In this document: piece by piece, positions 28,561 to 36,804 of the stretch | Numbering within the stretch: the first letter of the stretch is position 1 | Layout: each line of letters starts with the position of its first letter | Assembly (NCBI GenBank): GCA_963812155.1 | Contig: CAWETW010000003.1 | Location: forward strand, 832,001 to 896,000 | DNA from: Vulcanimicrobiota bacterium | GTDB taxonomy: Bacteria; Vulcanimicrobiota; Vulcanimicrobiia; Vulcanimicrobiales; Vulcanimicrobiaceae | Direction: 5' to 3' | DNA: 64,000 nt | Program-made: the position numbers and the translations under genes | The notes under the pieces: generated by a model | What the model was told of the DNA's origin: nothing | The model's database searches: none | What the model saw: the letters and a program-made list of their open reading frames with translations, nothing else

Positions 28561-29867
28561 GGTTCGGCGCGACCCTTTCTAGAGGCGGTTCGTTGCACGA
28601 TGGCAGCGACGCGTTCGAGCGCGTCGGCGACGTCAGTTCCGGGTGCGACGGTCGTTTCCGCCGTCCTGCGCGGATCGAGCGCAAAACTCGCGAGCCGGTA
28701 GTCGCCGAACGTGCCGGCAATCACGGCACCGTCGGGGTCGACGGCGTACGCGCGCCGGGCTGCTGCGTCGAAAACGACGACGTACATTCGCAGTTCCAGC
28801 GCACGCGCGCGCGCCAGCGGTTCGATCCATTCGGGCGGTCCGTGCGCCGTCCACGCCGCCCACACGTATCCTGCCCGACGGTATGCGACGAGTGCGCCCG
28901 GATCGAGCATGACGCCGTCGTCGACCCGCGCGCACGGGAGCTCGCCGTCGAGTGACGCACCGGCGGCACCCTCGGGTGCGAGGGCGCAGTCTCCCCCGAG
29001 CAGTTCGAGCCTTCGCTCGATGTCGGAGGGAAGCGCACCGCCGCCGATGACGACGCGCATCGGCCGGGTGCGCGAAGAGGAAACGTTCGGCACCGGGCGT
29101 GCGTCATCCCGAGCCCCGCTATGCGGTTCGATCGCTACGGTCGCCGTGACGATGGCGGGCGTTCCTTGCGACGCAATCGCCAGCACGTTGCCGGCGGCAT
29201 CGACGATCTGGCTCTTGCCGCAATACGCCACCATGCCGCGTTCGACGCCGCATTTGTTGGCGGCGACGAATGGAACGGCGTTCTCGCGCGCGCGAACGCG
29301 TGCCAGCAGATCGGCTTGTACGTTTTCGAGCGATTGCGGATTGCGGCCGCTCGTGACCCATGCGGTCGGCATCACGAGCAATTCAGCCCCGCCGTCGACC
29401 AACTCGCGCGCGATCGTCGGGATGCGGCCGTCGGCGCACACGAGGACTCCCAGCGAACCGATCGAGGTCGCCACCGGCGCAATGCGCTCGCCCGGGGCGA
29501 ACCAGAGCCGGTCGAAATGCCACAGGAAAATCTTGTCTGCGCTGCCGGCGATCGAGCCGTCGCCGTCGATGACCACCGCGGCGTTGCGCAAACCGCGCGC
29601 GTCGCGTAAGGCGGCGCCTGCAACGACGACGGCACGCGTGTCGCGCGCAACGTCGCGGAGTAAGTCGAGCGCGCCCCCGATTGCTGCGTGGTCGACGCGA
29701 GCGTCGCCCAGTACGTAACCGGGAAAGGTCGCTTCGGGAAGAACGACGAGGTCGGCGTCGCTTGCCGCCGAGCGTGCAGTCGCCGCAATCTCGCCCACCG
29801 CGTGCGCGAAATCGTCGGCATCGTGCGCTTGGAGCTGCACCGCCGCGACGCGGATCGTCCGGCTCAT
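28557..29867 (-). CDS. Carbon-nitrogen hydrolase (nitrilase superfamily) with C-terminal extension
   Basis: RVAAVQ, LPE, DK.FLW, VCADG and RAREN motifs (E-K-C triad). Confidence 0.88.
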   Translation of the reverse strand: MSRTIRVAAVQLQAHDADDFAHAVGEIAATARSAASDADLVVLPEATFPGYVLGDARVDHAAIGGALDLLRDVARDTRAVVVAGAALRDARGLRNAAVVIDGDGSIAGSADKIFLWHFDRLWFAPGERIAPVATSIGSLGVLVCADGRIPTIARELVDGGAELLVMPTAWVTSGRNPQSLENVQADLLARVRARENAVPFVAANKCGVERGMVAYCGKSQIVDAAGNVLAIASQGTPAIVTATVAIEPHSGARDDARPVPNVSSSRTRPMRVVIGGGALPSDIERRLELLGGDCALAPEGAAGASLDGELPCARVDDGVMLDPGALVAYRRAGYVWAAWTAHGPPEWIEPLARARALELRMYVVVFDAAARRAYAVDPDGAVIAGTFGDYRLASFALDPRRTAETTVAPGTDVADALERVAAIVQRTASRKGRAEP

Positions 29868-29955
29868 TCCGCCGCAGTTTCGCGCCGTCGCCTCGCGCGA
29901 CCCTGTGCGCAGCCCGGGAGGCCGACGTGCCGACGGCGGGAAACGTTTATCGCCC

Positions 29956-30873
29956 ATGAGACGCATGCTACTCGCGTCGCTGACCGCAATGACGATCGCG
30001 ATTGGAATCGTCGTGTGCGATACGGCGCCGAACCCCGCGGAGGCGTCGTCCGCCGCAACCGCATCGCCGAAAGCCTCGCCCTCCGCTTCGCCGTCCAAGA
30101 ACGATCCGTGCGGAGCGACCAAGAGTAAATGGGCCCACGTGCAATGCCAGGAGTTCAATGCTTCGGCGCCCGGCGACGAATATTTCGGACGTTTGAAAAT
30201 CAGTTATCTCGGGATCGACAACACGTTCAAGGACGGCGCGATCAGCGCCGGCGCATATACGGTCGATCCGAACCTTATCAAGAAGCTGATGTTCGCCGAC
30301 GAAGCGCTGCAGCGCTGGGCCGCGAAATATCCGAACGATCCGCAATTGCCGCGCTCGTACTTCTTGGGCATTCAGGTTTTCCGCAAGGTGTACACGCAGC
30401 CGGGTCAAGATCTTGCATGGCACTACATGCAGATTCTCATCACGAAATACCCGAGTACGTACTTCGGCAAGAACACCAAGGCGTCGATCGCAAACGGGTA
30501 CACCGAGCACTGGTTCGCGCTGGCGCAACTCTGCCCGACGCCGCTGCCGAAAGGCGTCAAGCCGGAGAAGACGCCGAGTGCCACGCCGTCGCCCTCGCCG
30601 TCACCGGGACAACCGGCGATCGACCTCATCACGCCGCCGTGCGTGCAGCCCTCACCGGTCGCTTCTCCGGAACCGAGCGCATCGCCGAGTTATCAGCCTT
30701 CGTCGCGCGCATCGCCGAGTTACCAGCCTTCCCCGCCCGCATCGCCGAGCGCTCAGCCTTCGTCGCGCCCATCGCCGAGCGCGTCCCCACAAAGTACAAG
30801 GCTTCCAATGAGAAAGGCTCCGGGAATATCCCGGAGCCTTTTCCTTTGGTTGGACGCGATGCCTAGAACTTAA
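29956..30873 (+). CDS. Secreted hypothetical protein with Pro/Ser-rich ends
   Basis: Signal-like N-terminus; central helical domain; SPSYQPS repeats; 3' end uncertain. Confidence 0.7.
   Translation: MRRMLLASLTAMTIAIGIVVCDTAPNPAEASSAATASPKASPSASPSKNDPCGATKSKWAHVQCQEFNASAPGDEYFGRLKISYLGIDNTFKDGAISAGAYTVDPNLIKKLMFADEALQRWAAKYPNDPQLPRSYFLGIQVFRKVYTQPGQDLAWHYMQILITKYPSTYFGKNTKASIANGYTEHWFALAQLCPTPLPKGVKPEKTPSATPSPSPSPGQPAIDLITPPCVQPSPVASPEPSASPSYQPSSRASPSYQPSPPASPSAQPSSRPSPSASPQSTRLPMRKAPGISRSLFLWLDAMPRT
30677..30780 (+). repeat. ~3.5 copies of a 30-bp coding repeat (ASPSYQPSSR-like)
   Basis: catcgccgag..cagccttc recurs at a 30-bp period. Confidence 0.85.
30813..30842. terminator. Bidirectional intrinsic terminator-like hairpin between convergent genes
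   Basis: AAAGGCTCCGGGA-ata-TCCCGGAGCCTTT, a perfect 13-bp stem with A/T ends. Confidence 0.75.
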
Positions 30874-32149
30874 TACCGAGACCGATGTACGGTCCGCTTT
30901 CGGCGAAGTTCGAGGGTGCGTTCATTTGACCCCAGCCGTAGTCTCCGAGGAAGCCGCCTTCGATGAAGAGCGGGATCCCTTGGAACGAGTAGTTCACGCC
31001 GATGTCATACTTCAGAACGTCGTACGACAACGTGAACGGACCACTGGGGCAGTTGTTCGTGCCGCAGTCGCCCTTCACGTTCCAATAGTAGTATGCGCTC
31101 CCGTAGAACGAGAACGGGTGGTTGAGGTCGGGCAGCTTTTCGATACCCGCGCCGACGTTGTTCAGCGAAGGATAGCCGGCGTTGTTCGAGCGCCACAAGT
31201 AGCCGACGCCGATGTAGATGCGCGGTTGCAGGACGCGGAATCCTACGCGTGCATCGAGATCGTAATCGCGCATGTTGAACGCGGGAACGAACGTCTGGAA
31301 CTGTCCGCCGATCGCGGTGACGAGACCACTAGGATGCGAGTAGTTGTACTGCCGGTAGTCGCCTTCGACCATCCACGGGAAGTTGAACAGATCGAACTCG
31401 CCCGCACCGTGTAGACGGTACGAGAAGCCGTTGCACGTGTTGCACGCAGATGTGCCGGGGCTGAACTCGTTGTAGACCTTTGGCGAAATGATGTAGTCAC
31501 CCGCGATATAAAGGTCGTGATACGGAGTCGCCATCGGCGTTGGAGTCGGAGTCGGCGGCGGCGGCGGCGGCGGCGCAGCCGAAGGCGGCGGCGTCGGCGG
31601 AATGTACCGCACGACGACGAGATGCCGGTCGGCGACCCACAGCACGTACGCGCCCATACCTTCCGAAATGACGCGGACCGGTACGAGCACGTTGCCCTGA
31701 TACATGATCGGCGGCACGTCCAGCGGACGTGATTCGCCGTTGATGACCACCTCGGGTTTGCCGACGGTCACCTTGACCTCGGCCCCGGGTTTACTGACCG
31801 TCACTGTCTTGCTTCCCGCGTCGTAAGACACGGTAGCGCCCATTTGCTCGAACATCGAGCGGAGTGGAATCAGGAGCGTGCCGCCGCGTACGAGCGCGGC
31901 GAGAACGCGAGCCTGCTTCAGGACGTCGGGCTTGGTGTAGACGTGGTGGTCATTGTAGAGAATCGGGATCTGACCCGACGGCGGCGAACCGAAGTTCGCC
32001 GGCGGAGTACCCATGGTCGAGCCTTGGTCCTGCGCGATCGCGTTGCTTCCAATGTTGCCATGCGACGCTTGGGACTGGGCTGCGACCGCGTTGAGCCCTA
32101 GGCCGGCTGCGATTAGCAGGGCCAGAGCTCCGGTGCTCAGTCGCTTCAA
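30863..32149 (-). CDS. Copper amine oxidase N-terminal (stalk) domain + Pro linker + probable outer-membrane beta-barrel
   Basis: AGGAGG RBS; LIPLRSMFEQMGATV and LVPVRVISEGMGA repeats; C-terminus YIGLGIKF. Confidence 0.8.
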   Translation of the reverse strand: MKRLSTGALALLIAAGLGLNAVAAQSQASHGNIGSNAIAQDQGSTMGTPPANFGSPPSGQIPILYNDHHVYTKPDVLKQARVLAALVRGGTLLIPLRSMFEQMGATVSYDAGSKTVTVSKPGAEVKVTVGKPEVVINGESRPLDVPPIMYQGNVLVPVRVISEGMGAYVLWVADRHLVVVRYIPPTPPPSAAPPPPPPPTPTPTPMATPYHDLYIAGDYIISPKVYNEFSPGTSACNTCNGFSYRLHGAGEFDLFNFPWMVEGDYRQYNYSHPSGLVTAIGGQFQTFVPAFNMRDYDLDARVGFRVLQPRIYIGVGYLWRSNNAGYPSLNNVGAGIEKLPDLNHPFSFYGSAYYYWNVKGDCGTNNCPSGPFTLSYDVLKYDIGVNYSFQGIPLFIEGGFLGDYGWGQMNAPSNFAESGPYIGLGIKF

Positions 32150-32310
32150 TGTGTCCTCCTAGCTAGCTAGTTAAAAAAGACCTCTCCCGCCCCGGCCACG
32201 CCCATCAGGGCGCTCCGGGACAGTCCTGCCTCCTCCCTTCGGGAACAACCGTTTGCCCCCCCTGCAGCGAGGCCGGGGAGGCGAGAGGCGGCGGTCTCCC
32301 TACCCTACCG

Positions 32311-32706
32311 TTACGTCAGCTTTTCTTCAAGCTTTGCGAGGAACTTAGCCCGGCCCATCACGTAGCGCTCGTGGGTCCCTTCGGCAACGGCCTCGCGTTC
32401 GTCGAAGACCTGGACCGCGAAGCTGATGCGCGGGCCGTCGATCATGACCACCTCGACTTCGGTCCGAACGATGAATCCCACCGGAACCGGTTTGTGATGG
32501 GCGAGGTCTATATGGGTGCCGAGCGTGACCTGATCGTTTTCCAGGACCGGATCGACACAGTGAACGGCCGCGCTTTCGACGAGTTGGACCAGCATGGAAG
32601 TGGAGAGAACGTCGACGCCCCGGTTCCCAGCCTTCTCTGCGGTCATCCACTCTTCGACGCGGCTCTGGAGGCTATACGAGCGACCGATGTCGAGTTTCGC
32701 GCTCAT
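32311..32706 (-). CDS. Hotdog-fold thioesterase (FlK-like)
   Basis: VLSTSMLVQLVE, TLGTHIDLAH and GTHER motifs. Confidence 0.85.
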   Translation of the reverse strand: MSAKLDIGRSYSLQSRVEEWMTAEKAGNRGVDVLSTSMLVQLVESAAVHCVDPVLENDQVTLGTHIDLAHHKPVPVGFIVRTEVEVVMIDGPRISFAVQVFDEREAVAEGTHERYVMGRAKFLAKLEEKLT

Positions 32707-32838
32707 GCCCGGGGGAAGTACGCCCCTCAGACGGAGACCTCATTCCTTGGCCAAGGGTTCGAACGCCGCGCTATGAATCAAATCCCAGCCGGCGCCGTAT
32801 ATTCCGGTGAAACCGGCACAACCGACAATAGGAGTGAC

Positions 32839-34113
32839 ATGCAGGATCATCGCCCTTCGGCGGCGCTAAGGGCCACGTTCGTCGCGCTGACGGCAGCGCT
32901 GGCACTGAGCGCTTGCGGAGGCGGCGCCCCGAAAGGACCGCCGCCGCTCAGCGTTGATGCGGCGCCGGCAGTGCGCCAGAATATCGCGACCTATCTCACG
33001 CTCGATGGGCAGATCGCGCCGAAGGAGCAATCGACGCTTGCCTTCCAGCAGAGCGGTACCGTCATCCACGTGAACGTGAACATCGGCGACGTCGCGCGTA
33101 AAGGCGAACTGCTCGCCGAGATCGACCCGTCCACGCTGTCGGCGCAACTCTCTCAGGCGCAGGCCCAGGCATCGCAGCAATCCGCGGCGGCGCAAGGCGC
33201 GGTCGTCGGGTTGCCCGTGCAAGTGCAGACGAATAACGCGGCGGTACAGTCGGCCAAGGCGAACCTCGACAACGCCAAGCTCGTGTACGAGCAAGACAAG
33301 CAGTTATTCAGACAAGGCTACGTTTCACAGACGGCGCTGCAACAGGCGCAAGCCTCGTACGTCTCGGCGCAGGCCACCTACAACAACTCCGTGGTCGGTT
33401 TGCGCAACAACGTCGTCAGCGCGCAGAACGTCAAGGCGCAGCTCGCCGGCGCGCAAGCGGCGGCGGCCCAGGCCAACGTGCTCAGCACGCAGCTCTCGCA
33501 GACGCGCGTGTTTGCGCCGTTCGACGGCGTCATTTCGAACCGCTTGCTCGATCCGGGCGCGTACGCGAGCCCGAACCAACCCGTGCTCACGATCTCGCGC
33601 ATCGACATCGTCTGGATCAACATCAACGTCCCGGATGAAGATCTCGCGTACGTTCGTCCCGGAACGCTCGTGAGATTCCGTTCGTCGTCGCTGGCGAATC
33701 GAGAGTTCGACGGACGCATTCAAACGGTGAACGCCGTGCCGACGTCGGGAACGCTTTCGTACCTCGCGCGGATGCAGATGAATAATCCCGGCGACGTGTT
33801 GCGCGGCGGCATGCTGATTAGCGCGACGCTGCCGAAGCAGCAGGCGAGCAACGCGATCGTCGTGCCGCGCAGCGCCGTCGCGGATACGGAAAGCGGTTCG
33901 GTGGTCTACGTCGTCAACGGCGGTAAGGCACAGGCGGTTCCGGTGAAGGTGGGTGTCGAGACCGATACGCTGGCGCAAGTGGTCAGTCCCAAGGTGCAGC
34001 CTGGAACGCAGGTCATCACGACGCGTCCCGATGCGCTCAAAGACGGCAGCGTCGTTGCGGTCAACGGCACGCCCGGACCCAGTTCGACCCCCGCAGGAAA
34101 AGCGTCGCACTGA
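32839..34113 (+). CDS. Efflux periplasmic adaptor (membrane fusion protein), lipoprotein
   Basis: Lipobox LSAC; lipoyl halves GDVARKGELL and APFDGVI; coiled hairpin. Confidence 0.9.
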   Translation: MQDHRPSAALRATFVALTAALALSACGGGAPKGPPPLSVDAAPAVRQNIATYLTLDGQIAPKEQSTLAFQQSGTVIHVNVNIGDVARKGELLAEIDPSTLSAQLSQAQAQASQQSAAAQGAVVGLPVQVQTNNAAVQSAKANLDNAKLVYEQDKQLFRQGYVSQTALQQAQASYVSAQATYNNSVVGLRNNVVSAQNVKAQLAGAQAAAAQANVLSTQLSQTRVFAPFDGVISNRLLDPGAYASPNQPVLTISRIDIVWININVPDEDLAYVRPGTLVRFRSSSLANREFDGRIQTVNAVPTSGTLSYLARMQMNNPGDVLRGGMLISATLPKQQASNAIVVPRSAVADTESGSVVYVVNGGKAQAVPVKVGVETDTLAQVVSPKVQPGTQVITTRPDALKDGSVVAVNGTPGPSSTPAGKASH

Positions 34114-35597
34114 TGAAGTCCGTTTTCTTGCCGCTCGTTGCCGCAGCGCTTTGCGCGGCACTGGCTCTCCCTGTCGCGGGCGTCGCGCAGAGCACGCCCG
34201 GTTCGAAGATCATCTTGCCGACGCCGCAGCCGATGCCGACGTCGGGCACCACGCCGCTGCCGTATCCCGCGTACGGCACGCCGGCGCCCGACGTCGCCAA
34301 TCTCCATCCGAAAAACGGGGTCCCCACCAGCATTTCCATCGAGCAAGCCACAAAGATCGCCGTCGCCCTCTCCCCGGTCTTTGCCTCGCAGAACGCGCAG
34401 TGGGCCGCCATCCATGCCAAGTACACCTCAGAGAAACAGGCTCTCTACCCCGCCGTGAGCGCCAACGGAACGATCGGCAAAGGGTATCAAAACGGAAACG
34501 TTACGCTAAACAACAACGTAACGATTCCTTCGGCGACACCGATCGGTGCCGGCATTTCGGGAAACGGCTCGACGTCGACTGAGACCGCGGCGATCACGGT
34601 TCAACAGTTGATTTTCGACGGCGGCCGTACGATCGCGGCGATTCATTCGGCAAAATCGGCCGACTACGCGGGTCGCGAAACGCTCTTGCGCGATTTGCAG
34701 ACGCTCGCGCTCAACGTCGCCACCACGTACTACAACGTGCTCCAAACCAACGCGACCGTAACTGCCGACGCACAGCTCGTCCGGGAGTTCGAAGTCAACG
34801 AACAGTCGGTCGTCGCGCAGATTCGTAACGGTGCCGCCGCACGCTCGGACTTGGCCGGCGCGCAGTTCCAGACCGCGCAGGCGCGCGGGAATCTGGTGAC
34901 GGCGCAAGGCCAGGCAATCGCCGCGCAGGCGTCGTTCGCGACGACGATGGGCTTAGACGCGGACGCCGAGGTCGTGCCCAAGGCGTTGCGGCAGCAAGCG
35001 CCGCTGGCGAATCCGACCTACGAGCAGTCGCTTAAGCGCGCCTTTGCGCTGCGTCCGGACTACCTTGCCGCCGGCTATACCGTCGAATCCGATAAGGAAG
35101 GCCTGCGCTACGCCAAGCTCGCGCGGTTTCCGATTTTGACGGCCGCTGCCAGCGACGAGGTGAGCCGCGATTTCGGCGCAATCACCAACAGTTTCTCCAA
35201 CCAGAAGGCCATCGGGCTGAACCTCGCAATTCCGATCTACGATCAAGGCGTAACCAACTACAACGTCGCGGTCGCGGCGGCGACGCTGGATCAGGCCGTC
35301 GCTGCGCTCAATCAAAGCCACCTGCAAGTTGAGTCCGACGTCCGGTCTGCGCTGGCCAACTTCATCTCCGCGCGCGCCGCACTCGTGCAAGCCAACTCCG
35401 AATTAACGGCGGCAAAAGTATCGCTCGACGCGACGCAAGCGCAATATAAAGTCGGCGCCACCACGATCATCAACGTCGTGACCGCCGAAGCGAACCTTGC
35501 GACCGCGCAGGCGGCGCAAATTACGGCGCTCTATTCGGTCCAAAACGCCGAGGAGAACTATCTCTACGCAACCGGCTTGAGCGATTTGCAGTTGTAG
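34113..35597 (+). CDS. TolC-family outer membrane efflux protein
   Basis: Signal peptide; QLIFDGG, IPIYDQG and YKVG OEP repeats. Confidence 0.88.
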   Translation: MKSVFLPLVAAALCAALALPVAGVAQSTPGSKIILPTPQPMPTSGTTPLPYPAYGTPAPDVANLHPKNGVPTSISIEQATKIAVALSPVFASQNAQWAAIHAKYTSEKQALYPAVSANGTIGKGYQNGNVTLNNNVTIPSATPIGAGISGNGSTSTETAAITVQQLIFDGGRTIAAIHSAKSADYAGRETLLRDLQTLALNVATTYYNVLQTNATVTADAQLVREFEVNEQSVVAQIRNGAAARSDLAGAQFQTAQARGNLVTAQGQAIAAQASFATTMGLDADAEVVPKALRQQAPLANPTYEQSLKRAFALRPDYLAAGYTVESDKEGLRYAKLARFPILTAAASDEVSRDFGAITNSFSNQKAIGLNLAIPIYDQGVTNYNVAVAAATLDQAVAALNQSHLQVESDVRSALANFISARAALVQANSELTAAKVSLDATQAQYKVGATTIINVVTAEANLATAQAAQITALYSVQNAEENYLYATGLSDLQL

Positions 35598-35645
35598 CCG
35601 GCCGCCCAGGTCGCCCGGACGCCGCCGCTAAATCATAACGGCGTA

Positions 35646-36803
35646 ATGGCTTCGCAAGCGCCGGGCGTACCGGCCGCGGTATCCGATCCCGTAAACTCGG
35701 CGATCCTGGCGATCTCGGAAGACCGCTTGACGGGATTTCAAACCGACCCCTTCGGCGAAATCGCCGCGCGCAGCGGGATTCCGGCCGAGACGGTTATCGA
35801 GCGCGTGGTTGCGATGCAGCGCGCCGGTACGATTCGCAGGGTACGGCAGACCGTGATGTCGACGAATCTCGCACGCGGAGCGCTGTGCGCGTGGCAACTG
35901 AGCGAAGACCGTCTCGACGCCGCGTTCGAGTACATGTTTCGCGACGATCCCTTCTCGGGGCACGTCGTCATCCGTTCGACCGACGCGGCGTCTCCGGGAA
36001 GCACCTACCGTTTATGGACGACGGTAAAGGTGCCGCAAGGATACTCGCTGCGCAAACACGCCGAACTGCTGCGCGGCATCGTCGGCGCAGAACGTTTTCG
36101 CTTGATGCCCGCCAAGATGCTGTTCACTCTCGGCGTGGGTCACGTGCGCCGGCGCGGGCTGGAACCGGGCGCGCGGGCCGATTCCCCCGGCAAGCCGCAG
36201 CACACCGAATTCGTCGAACTCTCGCAACCCCAATGGCGCGCGCTCACCTCACTCAAACGCGAATTCGCGGCGGAAGAGATCGTGCGCGATCTGTGGCGCG
36301 CGCGCGCCGCCGAAGCCGGAATGGGACTCGACGAGTTCGTTGCGATCGCGTCGGATCTCAACCGGCGCGGCGTGATCGGGCGCTTTTCGACCTTTCTCGA
36401 GCACGTCAAGGCCACCGCCAATGACGAACGCGTTACGCGCTACAACGCGCTCTTCCACTGGGCGGTCCCGCCGGGACGCGAGATCGAGGCCGGATGCGAG
36501 GTCGCTCGGCACTACGTCGTCACGCATGCCTATTGGCGCGAAGGCGGACCGGAGTTTCACGGGGTGAACGTCATGGCGGTGGTGCACGGCACCGAGAAAC
36601 CCGTCGTGCTCGCGCACAAGGCCGCCATCGATGCCCACTTGCACGAAGCCGGCATAGACGGTTCGTATACCAATGTGTTTTGGGGCGGCCGCAGCGAAAT
36701 CAAGCCCTCGGAAATCGCGCCCGACGCGTATCGCGATTTTTGCCGAAGTCACGGCGTCGAGCCCGAAGCGATGCTCGCCGAATCCGGCGAGGAAGGAGCC
36801 TAG
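35646..36803 (+). CDS. Siroheme decarboxylase-like (AhbA/AhbB, NirDLGH) tandem Lrp/AsnC-fold protein
   Basis: Two HTH+AsnC-like halves: DPFGEIA..GTIRR and GVIGRF; VTHAYWR motif. Confidence 0.7.
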   Translation: MASQAPGVPAAVSDPVNSAILAISEDRLTGFQTDPFGEIAARSGIPAETVIERVVAMQRAGTIRRVRQTVMSTNLARGALCAWQLSEDRLDAAFEYMFRDDPFSGHVVIRSTDAASPGSTYRLWTTVKVPQGYSLRKHAELLRGIVGAERFRLMPAKMLFTLGVGHVRRRGLEPGARADSPGKPQHTEFVELSQPQWRALTSLKREFAAEEIVRDLWRARAAEAGMGLDEFVAIASDLNRRGVIGRFSTFLEHVKATANDERVTRYNALFHWAVPPGREIEAGCEVARHYVVTHAYWREGGPEFHGVNVMAVVHGTEKPVVLAHKAAIDAHLHEAGIDGSYTNVFWGGRSEIKPSEIAPDAYRDFCRSHGVEPEAMLAESGEEGA

Positions 36804-36804
36804 T

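Noticed and set aside
32221..32270. c-di-GMP-I riboswitch-like GGCAAAC (also GGGCAAACC near 48793)
   Set aside because: No GNRA-capped stem with the following GACGCAAA segment; only a short word matches
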